Source of the DNA: Eledone cirrhosa
Taxonomy: Eukaryota
Assembly (NCBI GenBank): GCA_964016885.1
Contig: OZ024743.1
Coordinates: 210,924,001-210,988,000, forward strand
Length of the DNA: 64,000 bases
Direction of reading: 5' to 3'
The stretch's first letter is position 1, and every line of letters begins with the position of its first letter. The notes below the pieces were generated by a model. That model was not told the origin of the DNA, did no database searches, and saw nothing but the letters and a program-made list of their open reading frames with translations. Positions 30,001-45,000 of this stretch are shown piece after piece. The translations under genes and the position numbers were made by a program.

Positions 30001-33000
30001 CACCCCATAAGATATACCACAGTTTACCATCCTCTGGCCACACATGAAAGCTCTTCACTCCATAAGATATACCACAGTCTTCCATCCTATAGCCACACAT
30101 GAATGCTCTTCACCCCATAAGATATACCACAGTTTACAATCCTCTGGCCACACATGAAAGCTCTTCACTCCATAAGATATACCACAGTTTACCATCCTAT
30201 AGCCACACATGAAAGCTCTTCACTCCATAAGATATACCACAGTTTACCATCCTATAGCCACACATGAAAGCTCTTCACTCTATAAGATGTACCACATTTT
30301 ACCATCCTATAGCCACAGATGAAAGCTCTTCACTCCATAAGATATACCACAGTTTACCATCCTATAGCCACAGATGAAAGCTCTTCACTTCATAAGATAT
30401 AACACAGTTTACCATCCTATACCCACAGATGAAAGCTCTTTACTCCATAAGATATACCACAGTTTACCATCCTATAGCCACAGATGAAAGCTCTTCACTC
30501 CATAAGATATACCACAGTTTACCATCCTATAGCCACACATGAAAGCTCTTCACTCTATAAGATGTACCACCTTTTACCATCCTATAGCCACAGATGAAAG
30601 CTCTTCACTCCATAAGATATACCACAGTTTACCATCCTATAGCCAGATGAAAGCTTTTCACTCCATAAGATATACCACAGTTTACCATCCTATAGCCACA
30701 GATGAAAGCTCTTCACTCCATAAGATATAACACAGTTTACCATCCTATAGCCACAGATGAAACTCTTCACTCCATAAGATATACCACAGTTACCACCCTG
30801 TAGCCAGATGAAAGCTCTTCACTCCATAAGTTATACCACAGTTTACCATCCTATAGCCACACATGAAAGCTCTTCACTCCATAAGATATACCACAGTTTA
30901 CCATCCTATAGCCACACATGAGAGCTCTTCACTCCATAAGATATACCACAGTTTACCATCCTATAGCCACAGATGAAAGCTCTTCACTCCATAAGATATA
31001 ACACAGTTTACCATCCTATAGCCACACATGAAAGCTCTTCACTCTATAAGATGCACCACCTTTTATCATCCTATAGCCACAGATGAAAGCTCTTCACTCC
31101 ATAAGATATACCACAGTTTACCATCCTATAGCCAGATGAAAGCTCTTCACTCCATAAGATATACCACAGTTTACCATCCTATAGCCACAGATGAAAGCTC
31201 TTCACTCCATAAGATATACCACAGTTTACCAACCTATAGCCACACATGAAAGCTCTTCACTCCATAAGATATACCACAGTTTACCATCCTATAGCCAGAT
31301 GAAAGCTCTTCACTCCATAAGATATACCACAGTTTACCATCCTATAGCCACACATGAAAGCTCTTCACTCTATAAGATGTACCACCTTTTACCATCCTAT
31401 AGCCACACATGAAAGCTCTTCACTCCATAAGATATACCACAGTTTACCATCCTATAGCCACAGATGAAAGCTCTTCACTCCATAAGATATACCACAGTTT
31501 ACCATCCTATAGCCACAGATGAAAGCTCTTCACTCCATAAGATATACCAAAGTTTACCATCCTATAGCCACAGATGAAAGCTCTTCACTCCATAAGATAT
31601 ACCACAGTTCACCACCCTATAGCCACAGATGAAAGCTCTTAACTCCATAAGATATACCACAGTTTACCATCCGATAGCCACAAATGAAAGCTCTTTAACC
31701 CATAAGATATACCACAGTTTACCTTCCTATAGCCAGATGAAAGCTCTTCACTCCATAGGATATACCACAGTTTACCATCCTATAGCCACAGATGAAAGCT
31801 CTTCACTCCATAAGATATTCCACAGTTTACCGTCCTATAGCCCCACATGAAAGCTCTTCACTCCATAAGATATACCACAGTCTTCCATCCTATAGCCACA
31901 CATGAATGCTCTTCACCCCATAAGATATACCACAGTTTACAATCCTCTGGCCACACATGAAAGCTCTTCACTCCATAAGATATACCACAGTTTACCATCC
32001 TATAGCCACACATGAAAGCTCTTCACTCCATAAGATATACCACAGTTTACCATCCTATAGCCACACATGAAAGCTCTTCACTCTATAAGATGTACCACAT
32101 TTTACCATCCTATAGCCACAGATGAAAGCTCTTCACTCCATAAGATATACCACAGTTTACCATCCTATAGCCACAGATGAAAGCTCTTCACTTCATAAGA
32201 TATAACACAGTTTACCATCCTATAGCCACAGATGAAAGCTCTTTACTCCATAAGATATACCACAGTTTACCATCCTATAGCCACAGATGAAAGCTCTTCA
32301 CTCCATAAGATATACCACAGTTTACCATCCTATAGCCACAGATGAAAGCTCTTCACTCCATAAGATATAACACAGTTTACCATCCTATAGCCACAGATGA
32401 AACTCTTCACTCCATAAGATATACCACAGTTACCACCCTGTAGCCAGATGAAAGCTCTTCACTCCATAAGTTATACCACAGTTTACCATCCTATAGCCAC
32501 ACATGAAAGCTCTTCACTCCATAAGATATACCACAGTTTACCATCCTATAGCCACACATGAGAGCTCTTCACTCCATAAGATATACCACAGTTTACCATC
32601 CTATAGCCACAGATGAAAGCTCTTCACTCCATAAGATATAACACAGTTTACCATCCTATAGCCACACATGAAAGCTCTTCACTCTATAAGATGTACCACC
32701 TTTTACCATCCTATAGCCACAGATGAAAGCTCTTCACTCCATAAGATATACCACAGTTTACCATCCTATATCCAGATGAAAGCTCTTCACTCCATAAGAT
32801 ATACCACAGTTTACCATCCTATAGCCACAGATGAAAGCTCTTCACTCCATAAGATATACCACAGTTTACCATCCTATAGCCACACATGAAAGCTCTTCAC
32901 TCCATAAGATATACCACAGTTTACCATCCTATAGCCAGATGAAAGCTCTTCACTCCATAAGATATACCACAGTTTACCATCCTATAGCCACACATGAAAG

Positions 33001-36000
33001 CTCTTCACTCTATAAGATGTACCACCTTTTACCATCCTATAGCCACACATGAAAGCTCTTCACTCCATAAGATATACCACAGTTTACCATCCTATAGCCA
33101 CAGATGAAAGCTCTTCACTCCATAAGATATACCACAGTTTACCATCCTATAGCCACAGATGAAAGCTCTTCACTCCATAAGATATACCAAAGTTTACCAT
33201 CGTATAGCCACAGATGAAAGCTCTTCACTCCATAAGATATACCACAGTTCACCACCATATAGCCACAGATGAAAGCTCTTAACTCCATAAGATATACCAC
33301 AGTTTACCATCCGATAGCCACACATGAAAGCTCTTTAACCCATAAGATATACCACAGTTTAACTTCCTATAGCCAGATGAAAGCTCTTCACTCCATAGGA
33401 TATACCACAGTTTACCATCCTATAGCCACAGATGAAAGCTCTTCACTCCATAAGATATTCCACAGTTTACCGTCCTATAGCCCCACATGAAAGCTCTTCA
33501 CTCCATAAGATGTACCACCTTTTACCATCCTATAGCCACAGATGAAAGCTGTTCACTCCATACGATATACCACAGTTTACCATCCTATAGCCAGATGAAA
33601 GCTCTTCACTCCATAAGTTATACCACAGTTTACCATCCTATAGCCACAGATGAAAGCTCTTCACTCCATAAGATATACCACAGTTTACCATCCTATGGCC
33701 ACAGATGAAAGCTCTTCACTCCATAAGATATACCACAGTTTAACATCCTATAGCCACAGATGAAAGCTCTTCACTCCATAAGATATACCACAGTTTACCA
33801 TCCTATAGCCAGATGAAAGCTATTCACTCCACAAGATATACCACAATTTACCAACCTATAGCCACAGATGAAAGCTCTTCACACCATAAGTTATACCACA
33901 GTTTACCATCCTATAGCCAGATGAAAGCTCTTCACTCCATAAGATATACCACAGTCTACCATCTTATAGCCACACATGAAGGCTCTGTAACCCATAAGAT
34001 ATACCACAGTTTACCATCCTATAACCAGATGAAAGCTCTTCACTCCCTAAGATATACCACAGTTTACCATCCTATAGCCACACATGAGAGCTCTTCACTC
34101 CATAAGATATACCACAGTTTACCATCCTATAGCCAGATGAAAGCTCTTCACTCCATAAGATATACCACAGTTTACCATCCTATAGCCACACATAAAAGCT
34201 CTTCACTCTATAAGATGTACCACCTTTTACCATCCTATAGCTACAGATGAAAGCTCTTCACTCCATAAGATATACCACAGTTTACCATCCTATAGCCACA
34301 GATGAAAGCTCTTCACTCCATAAGATATAACACAGTTTACCATCCTATAGCCACACATGAAAGCTCTTCACTCTATAAGATGTACCACCTTTTACCATCC
34401 TATAGCCACAGATGAAAGCTCTTCACTCCATAAGATATACCACAGTTTACCATCCTATAGCCAGATGAAAGCTTTTCACTCCATAAGATATACCACAGTT
34501 TACCATCCTATAGCCACAGATGAAAGCTCTTCACTCCATAAGATATAACACAGTTTACCATCCTATAGCCACAGATGAAACTCTTCACTCCATAAGATAT
34601 ACCACAGTTACCACCCTGTAGCCAGATGAAAGCTCTTCACTCCATAAGTTATACCACAGTTTACCATCCTATAGCCACACATGAAAGCTCTTCACTCCAT
34701 AAGATATACCACAGTTTACCATCCTATAGCCACACATGAGAGCTCTTCACTCCATAAGATATACCACAGTTTACCATCCTATGGCCACACATGAAAGCTC
34801 TTCACTCCATAAGATATACCACAGTCTTCCATCCTATGGCCACACATGAAAGCTCTTCACTCCATAAGATATACCACAGTTTACCATCCTATAGCCACAG
34901 ATGAAAGCTCTTCACCCCATAAGATATACCACAGTTTACCATCCTCTGGCCACACATGAAAGCTCTTCACTCCATAAGATATACCACAGTCTTCCATCCT
35001 ATAGCCACACATGAATGCTCTTCACCCCATAAGATATACCACAGTTTACAATCCTCTGGCCACACATGAAAGCTCTTCACTCCATAAGATATACCACAGT
35101 TTACCATCCTATAGCCACACATGAAAGCTCTTCACTCCATAAGATATACCACAGTTTACCATCCTATAGCCACACATGAAAGCTCTTCACTCTATAAGAT
35201 GTACCACATTTTACCATCCTATAGCCACAGATGAAAGCTCTTCACTCCATAAGATATACCACAGTTTACCATCCTATAGCCACAGATGAAAGCTCTTCAC
35301 TTCATAAGATATAACACAGTTTACCATCCTATAGCCACAGATGAAAGCTCTTTACTCCATAAGATATACCACAGTTTACCATCCTATAGCCACAGATGAA
35401 AGCTCTTCACTCCATAAGATATACCACAGTTTACCATCCTATAGCCACACATGAAAGCTCTTCACTCTATAAGATGTACCACCTTTTACCATCCTATAGC
35501 CACAGATGAAAGCTCTTCACTCCATAAGATATACCACAGTTTACCATCCTATAGCCAGATGAAAGCTTTTCACTCCATAAGATATACCACAGTTTACCAT
35601 CCTATAGCCACAGATGAAAGCTCTTCACTCCATAAGATATAACACAGTTTACCATCCTATAGCCACAGATGAAACTCTTCACTCCATAAGATATACCACA
35701 GTTACCACCCTGTAGCCAGATGAAAGCTCTTCACTCCATAAGTTATACCACAGTTTACCATCCTATAGCCACACATGAAAGCTCTTCACTCCATAAGATA
35801 TACCACAGTTTACCATCCTATAGCCACACATGAGAGCTCTTCACTCCATAAGATATACCACAGTTTACCATCCTATAGCCACAGATGAAAGCTCTTCACT
35901 CCATAAGATATAACACAGTTTACCATCCTATAGCCACACATGAAAGCTCTTCACTCTATAAGATGCACCACCTTTTACCATCCTATAGCCACAGATGAAA

Positions 36001-39000
36001 GCTCTTCACTCCATAAGATATACCACAGTTTACCATCCTATAGCCAGATGAAAGCTCTTCACTCCATAAGATATACCACAGTTTACCATCCTATAGCCAC
36101 AGATGAAAGCTCTTCACTCCATAAGATATACCACAGTTTACCAACCTATAGCCACACATGAAAGCTCTTCACTCCATAAGATATACCACAGTTTACCATC
36201 CTATAGCCAGATGAAAGCTCTTCACTCCATAAGATATACCACAGTTTACCATCCTATAGCCACACATGAAAGCTCTTCACTCTATAAGATGTACCACCTT
36301 TTACCATCCTATAGCCACACATGAAAGCTCTTCACTCCATAAGATATACCACAGTTTACCATCCTATAGCCACAGATGAAAGCTCTTCACTCCATAAGAT
36401 ATACCACAGTTTACCATCCTATAGCCACAGATGAAAGCTCTTCACTCCATAAGATATACCAAAGTTTACCATCCTATAGCCACAGATGAAAGCTCTTCAC
36501 TCCATAAGATATACCACAGTTCACCACCCTATAGCCACAGATGAAAGCTCTTAACTCCATAAGATATACCACAGTTTACCATCCGATAGCCACAAATGAA
36601 AGCTCTTTAACCCATAAGATATACCACAGTTTACCTTCCTATAGCCAGATGAAAGCTCTTCACTCCATAGGATATACCACAGTTTACCATCCTATAGCCA
36701 CAGATGAAAGCTCTTCACTCCATAAGATATTCCACAGTTTACCGTCCTATAGCCCCACATGAAAGCTCTTCACTCCATAAGATATACCACAGTCTTCCAT
36801 CCTATAGCCACACATGAATACTCTTCACCCCATAAGATATACCACAGTTTACAATCCTCTGGCCACACATGAAAGCTCTTCACTCCATAAGATATACCAC
36901 AGTTTACCATCCTATAGCCACACATGAAAGCTCTTCACTCCATAAGATATACCACAGTTTACCATCCTATAGCCACACATGAAAGCTCTTCACTCTATAA
37001 GATGTACCACATTTTACCATCCTATAGCCACAGATGAAAGCTCTTCACTCCATAAGATATACCACAGTTTACCATCCTATAGCCACAGATGAAAGCTCTT
37101 CACTTCATAAGATATAACACAGTTTACCATCCTATAGCCACAGATGAAAGCTCTTTACTCCATAAGATATACCACAGTTTACCATCCTATAGCCACAGAT
37201 GAAAGCTCTTCACTCCATAAGATATACCACAGTTTACCATCCTATAGCCACACATGAAAGCTCTTCACTCTATAAGATGTACCACCTTTTACCATCCTAT
37301 AGCCACAGATGAAAGCTCTTCACTCCATAAGATATACCACAGTTTACCATCCTATAGCCAGATGAAAGCTTTTCACTCCATAAGATATACCACAGTTTAC
37401 CATCCTATAGCCACAGATGAAAGCTCTTCACTCCATAAGATATAACACAGTTTACCATCCTATAGCCACAGATGAAACTCTTCACTCCATAAGATATACC
37501 ACAGTTACCACCCTGTAGCCAGATGAAAGCTCTTCACTCCATAAGTTATACCACAGTTTACCATCCTATAGCCACACATGAAAGCTCTTCACTCCATAAG
37601 ATATACCACAGTTTACCATCCTATAGCCACACATGAGAGCTCTTCACTCCATAAGATATACCACAGTTTACCATCCTATAGCCACAGATGAAAGCTCTTC
37701 ACTCCATAAGATATAACACAGTTTACCATCCTATAGCCACACATGAAAGCTCTTCACTCTATAAGATGTACCACCTTTTACCATCCTATAGCCACAGATG
37801 AAAGCTCTTCACTCCATAAGATATACCACAGTTTACCATCCTATAGCCAGATGAAAGCTCTTCACTCCATAAGATATACCACAGTTTACCATCCTATAGC
37901 CACAGATGAAAGCTCTTCACTCCATAAGATATACCACAGTTTACCAACCTATAGCCACACATGAAAGCTCTTCACTCCATAAGATATACCACAGTTTACC
38001 ATCCTATAGCCAGATGAAAGCTCTTCACTCCATAAGATATACCACAGTTTACCATCCTATAGCCACACATGAAAGCTCTTCACTCTATAAGATGTACCAC
38101 CTTTTACCATCCTATAGCCACACATGAAAGCTCTTCACTCCATAAGATATACCACAGTTTACCATCCTATAGCCACAGATGAAAGCTCTTCACTCCATAA
38201 GATATACCACAGTTTACCATCCTATAGCCACAGATGAAAGCTCTTCACTCCATAAGATATACCAAAGTTTACCATCCTATAGCCACAGATGAAAGCTCTT
38301 CACTCCATAAGATATACCACAGTTCACCACCCTATAGCCACAGATGAAAGCTCTTAACTCCATAAGATATACCACAGTTTACCATCCGATAGCCACACAT
38401 GAAAGCTCTTTAACCCATAAGATATACCACAGTTTACCTTCCTATAGCCAGATGAAAGCTCTTCACTCCATAGGATATACCACAGTTTACCATCCTATAG
38501 CCACAGATGAAAGCTCTTCACTCCATAAGATATTCCACAGTTTACCGTCCTATAGCCCCACATGAAAGCTCTTCACTCCATAAGATATACCACAGTCTTC
38601 CATCCTATAGCCACACATGAATGCTCTTCACCCCATAAGATATACCACAGTTTACAATCCTCTGGCCACACATGAAAGCTCTTCACTCCATAAGATATAC
38701 CACAGTTTACCATCCTATAGCCACACATGAAAGCTCTTCACTCCATAAGATATACCACAGTTTACCATCCTATAGCCACACATGAAAGCTCTTCACTCTA
38801 TAAGATGTACCACATTTTACCATCCTATAGCCACAGATGAAAGCTCTTCACTCCATAAGATATACCACAGTTTACCATCCTATAGCCACAGATGAAAGCT
38901 CTTCACTTCATAAGATATAACACAGTTTACCATCCTATAGCCACAGATGAAAGCTCTTTACTCCATAAGATATACCACAGTTTACCATCCTATAGCCACA

Positions 39001-42000
39001 GATGAAAGCTCTTCACTCCATAAGATATACCACAGTTTACCATCCTATAGCCACACATGAAAGCTCTTCACTCTATAAGATGTACCACCTTTTACCATCC
39101 TATAGCCACAGATGAAAGCTCTTCACTCCATAAGATATACCACAGTTTACCATCCTATAGCCAGATGAAAGCTTTTCACTCCATAAGATATACCACAGTT
39201 TACCATCCTATAGCCACAGATGAAAGCTCTTCACTCCATAAGATATAACACAGTTTACCATCCTATAGCCACAGATGAAACTCTTCACTCCATAAGATAT
39301 ACCACAGTTACCACCCTGTAGCCAGATGAAAGCTCTTCACTCCATAAGTTATACCACAGTTTACCATCCTATAGCCACACATGAAAGCTCTTCACTCCAT
39401 AAGATATACCACAGTTTACCATCCTATAGCCACACATGAGAGCTCTTCACTCCATAAGATATACCACAGTTTACCATCCTATAGCCACAGATGAAAGCTC
39501 TTCACTCCATAAGATATAACACAGTTTACCATCCTATAGCCACACATGAAAGCTCTTCACTCTATAAGATGTACCACCTTTTACCATCCTATAGCCACAG
39601 ATGAAAGCTCTTCACTCCATAAGATATACCACAGTTTACCATCCTATAGCCAGATGAAAGCTCTTCACTCCATAAGATATACCACAGTTTACCATCCTAT
39701 AGCCACAGATGAAAGCTCTTCACTCCATAAGATATACCACAGTTTACCAACCTATAGCCACACATGAAAGCTCTTCACTCCATAAGATATACCACAGTTT
39801 ACCATCCTATAGCCAGATGAAAGCTCTTCACTCCATAAGATATACCACAGTTTACCATCCTATAGCCACACATGAAAGCTCTTCACTCTATAAGATGTAC
39901 CACCTTTTACCATCCTATAGCCACACATGAAAGCTCTTCACTCCATAAGATATACCACAGTTTACCATCCTATAGCCACAGATGAAAGCTCTTCACTCCA
40001 TAAGATATACCACAGTTTACCATCCTATAGCCACAGATGAAAGCTCTTCACTCCATAAGATATACCAAAGTTTACCATCCTATAGCCACAGATGAAAGCT
40101 CTTTACTCCATAAGATATACCACAGTTCACCACCCTATAGCCACAGATGAAAGCTCTTAACTCCATAAGATATACCACAGTTTACCATCCGATAGCCACA
40201 CATGAAAGCTCTTTAACCCATAAGATATACCACAGTTTACCTTCCTATAGCCAGATGAAAGCTCTTCACTCCATAGGATATACCACAGTTTACCATCCTA
40301 TAGCCACAGATGAAAGCTCTTCACTCCATAAGATATTCCACAGTTTACCGTCCTATAGCCCCACATGAAAGCTCTTCACTCCATAAGATGTACCACCTTT
40401 TACCATCCTATAGCCACAGATGAAAGCTGTTCACTCCATACGATATACCACAGTTTACCATCCTATAGCCAGATGAAAGCTCTTCACTCCATAAGTTATA
40501 CCACAGTTTACCATCCTATAGCCACAGATGAAAGCTCTTCACTCTATAAGATATACCACAGTTTACCATCCTATGGCCACAGATGAAAGCTCTTCACTCC
40601 ATAAGATATACCACAGTTTAACATCCTATAGCCACAGATGAAAGCTCTTCACTCCATAAGATATACCACAGTTTACCATCCTATAGCCAGATGAAAGCTA
40701 TTCACTCCACAAGATATACCACAATTTACCAACCTATAGCCACAGATGAAAGCTCTTCACACCATAAGTTATACCACAGTTTACCATCCTATAGCCAGAT
40801 GAAAGCTCTTCACTCCATAAGATATACCACAGTCTACCATCTTATAGCCACACATGAAGGCTCTGTAACCCATAAGATATACCACAGTTTACCATCCTAT
40901 AACCAGATGAAAGCTCTTCACTCCCTAAGATATACCACAGTTTACCATCCTATAGCCACACATGAGAGCTCTTCACTCCATAAGATATACCACAGTTTAC
41001 CATCCTATAGCCAGATGAAAGCTCTTCACTCCATAAGATATACCACAGTTTACCATCCTATAGCCACACATAAAAGCTCTTCACTCTATAAGATGTACCA
41101 CCTTTTACCATCCTATAGCTACAGATGAAAGCTCTTCACTCCATAAGATATACCACAGTTTACCATCCTATAGCCACAGATGAAAGCTCTTCACTCCATA
41201 AGATATAACACAGTTTACCATCCTATAGCCACACATGAAAGCTTTTCACTCTATAAGATGTACCACCTTTTACCATCCTATAGCCACAGATGAAAGCTCT
41301 TCACTCCATAAGATATACCACAGTTTACCATCCTATAGGCAGATGAAAGCTTTTCACTCCATAAGATATACCACAGTTTACCATCCTATAGCCACAGATG
41401 AAAGCTCTTCACTCCATAAGATATAACACAGTTTACCATCCTATAGCCACAGATGAAACTCTTCACTCCATAAGATATACCACAGTTACCACCCTGTAGC
41501 CAGATGAAAGCTCTTCACTCCATAAGTTATACCACAGTTTACCATCCTATAGCCACACATGAAAGCTCTTCACTCCATAAGATATACCACAGTTTACCAT
41601 CCTATAGCCACACATGAGAGCTCTTCACTCCATAAGATATACCACAGTTTACCATCCTATAGCCACAGATGAAAGCTCTTCACTCCATAAGATATAACAC
41701 AGTTTACCATCCTATAGCCACACATGAAAGCTCTTCACTCTATAAGATGTACCACCTTTTACCATCCTATAGCCACAGATGAAAGCTCTTCACTCCATAA
41801 GATATACCACAGTTTACCATCCTATAGCCAGATGAAAGCTTTTCACTCCATAAGATATACCACAGTTTACCATCCTATAGCCACAGATGAAAGCTCTTCA
41901 CTCCATAAGATATAACACAGTTTACCATCCTATAGCCACAGATGAAACTCTTCACTCCATAAGATATACCACAGTTACCACCCTGTAGCCAGATGAAAGC

Positions 42001-45000
42001 TCTTCACTCCATAAGTTATACCACAGTTTACCATCCTATAGCCACACATGAAAGCTCTTCACTCCATAAGATATACCACAGTTTACCATCCTATAGCCAC
42101 ACATGAGAGCTCTTCACTCCATAAGATATACCACAGTTTACCATCCTATAGCCACAGATGAAAGCTCTTCACTCCATAAGATATAACACAGTTTACCATC
42201 CTATAGCCACACATGAAAGCTCTTCACTCTATAAGATGTACCACCTTTTACCATCCTATAGCCACAGATGAAAGCTCTTCACTCCATAAGATATACCACA
42301 GTTTACCATCCTATAGCCAGATGAAAGCTCTTCACTCCATAAGATATACCACAGTTTACCATCCTATAGCCACAGATGAAAGCTCTTCACTCCATAAGAT
42401 ATACCACAGTTTACCAACCTATAGCCACACATGAAAGCTCTTCACTCCATAAGATATACCACAGTTTACCATCCTATAGCCAGATGAAAGCTCTTCACTC
42501 CATAAGATATACCACAGTTTACCATCCTATAGCCACACATGAAAGCTCTTCACTCTATAAGATGTACCACCTTTTACCATCCTATAGCCACACATGAAAG
42601 CTCTTCACTCCATAAGATATACCACAGTTTACCATCCTATAGCCACAGATGAAAGCTCTTCACTCCATAAGATATACCACAGTTTACCATCCTATAGCCA
42701 CAGATGAAAGCTCTTCACTCCATAAGATATACCAAAGTTTACCATCCTATAGCCACAGATGAAAGCTCTTCACTCCATAAGATATACCACAGTTCACCAC
42801 CCTATAGCCACAGATGAAAGCTCTTAACTCCATAAGATATACCACAGTTTACCATCCGATAGCCACACATGAAAGCTCTTTAACCCATAAGATATACCAC
42901 AGTTTACCTTCCTATAGCCAGATGAAAGCTCTTCACTCCATAGGATATACCACAGTTTACCATCCTATAGCCACAGATGAAAGCTCTTCACTCCATAAGA
43001 TATTCCACAGTTTACCGTCCTATAGCCCCACATGAAAGCTCTTCACTCCATAAGATGTACCACCTTTTACCATCCTATAGCCACAGATGAAAGCTGTTCA
43101 CTCCATACGATATACCACAGTTTACCATCCTATAGCCAGATGAAAGCTCTTCACTCCATAAGTTATACCACAGTTTACCATCCTATAGCCACAGATGAAA
43201 GCTCTTCACTCTATAAGATATACCACAGTTTACCATCCTATGGCCACAGATGAAAGCTCTTCACTCCATAAGATATACCACAGTTTAACATCCTATAGCC
43301 ACAGATGAAAGCTCTTCACTCGATAAGATATACCACAGTTTACCATCCTATAGCCAGATGAAAGCTATTCACTCCACAAGATATACCACAATTTACCAAC
43401 CTATAGCCACAGATGAAAGCTCTTCACACCATAAGTTATACCACAGTTTACCATCCTATAGCCAGATGAAAGCTCTTCACTTCATAAGATATACCACAGT
43501 CTACCATCTTATAGCCACACATGAAGGCTCTGTAACCCATAAGATATACCACAGTTTACCATCCTATAACCAGATGAAAGCTCTTCACTCCCTAAGATAT
43601 ACCACAGTTTACCATCCTATAGCCACACATGAGAGCTCTTCACTCGATAAGATGTACCACAGTTTACCATCCTATAGCCAGATGAAAGCTCTTCACTCCA
43701 TAAGATATACCACAGTTTACCATCCTATAGCCACACATAAAAGCTCTTCACTCTATAAGATGTACCACCTTTTACCATCCTATAGCTACAGATGAAAGCT
43801 CTTCACTCCATAAGATATACCACAGTTTACCATCCTATAGCCACAGATGAAAGCTCTTCACTCCATAAGATATAACACAGTTTACCATCCTATAGCCACA
43901 CATGAAAGCTCTTCACTCTATAAGATGTACCACCTTTTACCATCCTATAGCCACAGATGAAAGCTCTTCACTCCATAAGATATACCACAGTTTACCATCC
44001 TATAGCCAGATGAAAGCTTTTCACTCCATAAGATATACCACAGTTTACCATCCTATAGCCACAGATGAAAGCTCTTCACTCCATAAGATATAACACAGTT
44101 TACCATCCTATAGCCACAGATGAAACTCTTCACTCCATAAGATATACCACAGTTACCACCCTGTAGCCAGATGAAAGCTCTTCACTCCATAAGTTATACC
44201 ACAGTTTACCATCCTATAGCCACACATGAAAGCTCTTCACTCCATAAGATATACCACAGTTTACCATCCTATAGCCACACATGAGAGCTCTTCACTCCAT
44301 AAGATATACCACAGTTTACCATCCTATAGCCACAGATGAAAGCTCTTCACTCCATAAGATATAACACAGTTTACCATCCTATAGCCACACATGAAAGCTC
44401 TTCACTCTATAAGATGTACCACCTTTTACCATCCTATAGCCACAGATGAAAGCTCTTCACTCCATAAGATATACCACAGTTTACCATCCTATAGCCAGAT
44501 GAAAGCTCTTCACTCCATAAGATATACCACAGTTTACCATCCTATAGCCACAGATGAAAGCTCTTCACTCCATAAGATATACCACAGTTTACCAACCTAT
44601 AGCCACACATGAAAGCTCTTCACTCCATAAGATATACCACAGTTTACCATCCTATAGCCAGATGAAAGCTCTTCACTCCATAAGATATACCACAGTTTAC
44701 CATCCTATAGCCACACATGAAAGCTCTTCACTCTATAAGATGTACCACCTTTTACCATCCTATAGCCACACATGAAAGCTCTTCACTCCATAAGATATAC
44801 CACAGTTTACCATCCTATAGCCACAGATGAAAGCTCTTCACTCCATAAGATATACCACAGTTTACCATCCTATAGCCACAGATGAAAGCTCTTCACTCCA
44901 TAAGATATACCAAAGTTTACCATCCTATAGCCACAGATGAAAGCTCTTCACTCCATAAGATATACCACAGTTCACCACCCTATAGCCACAGATGAAAGCT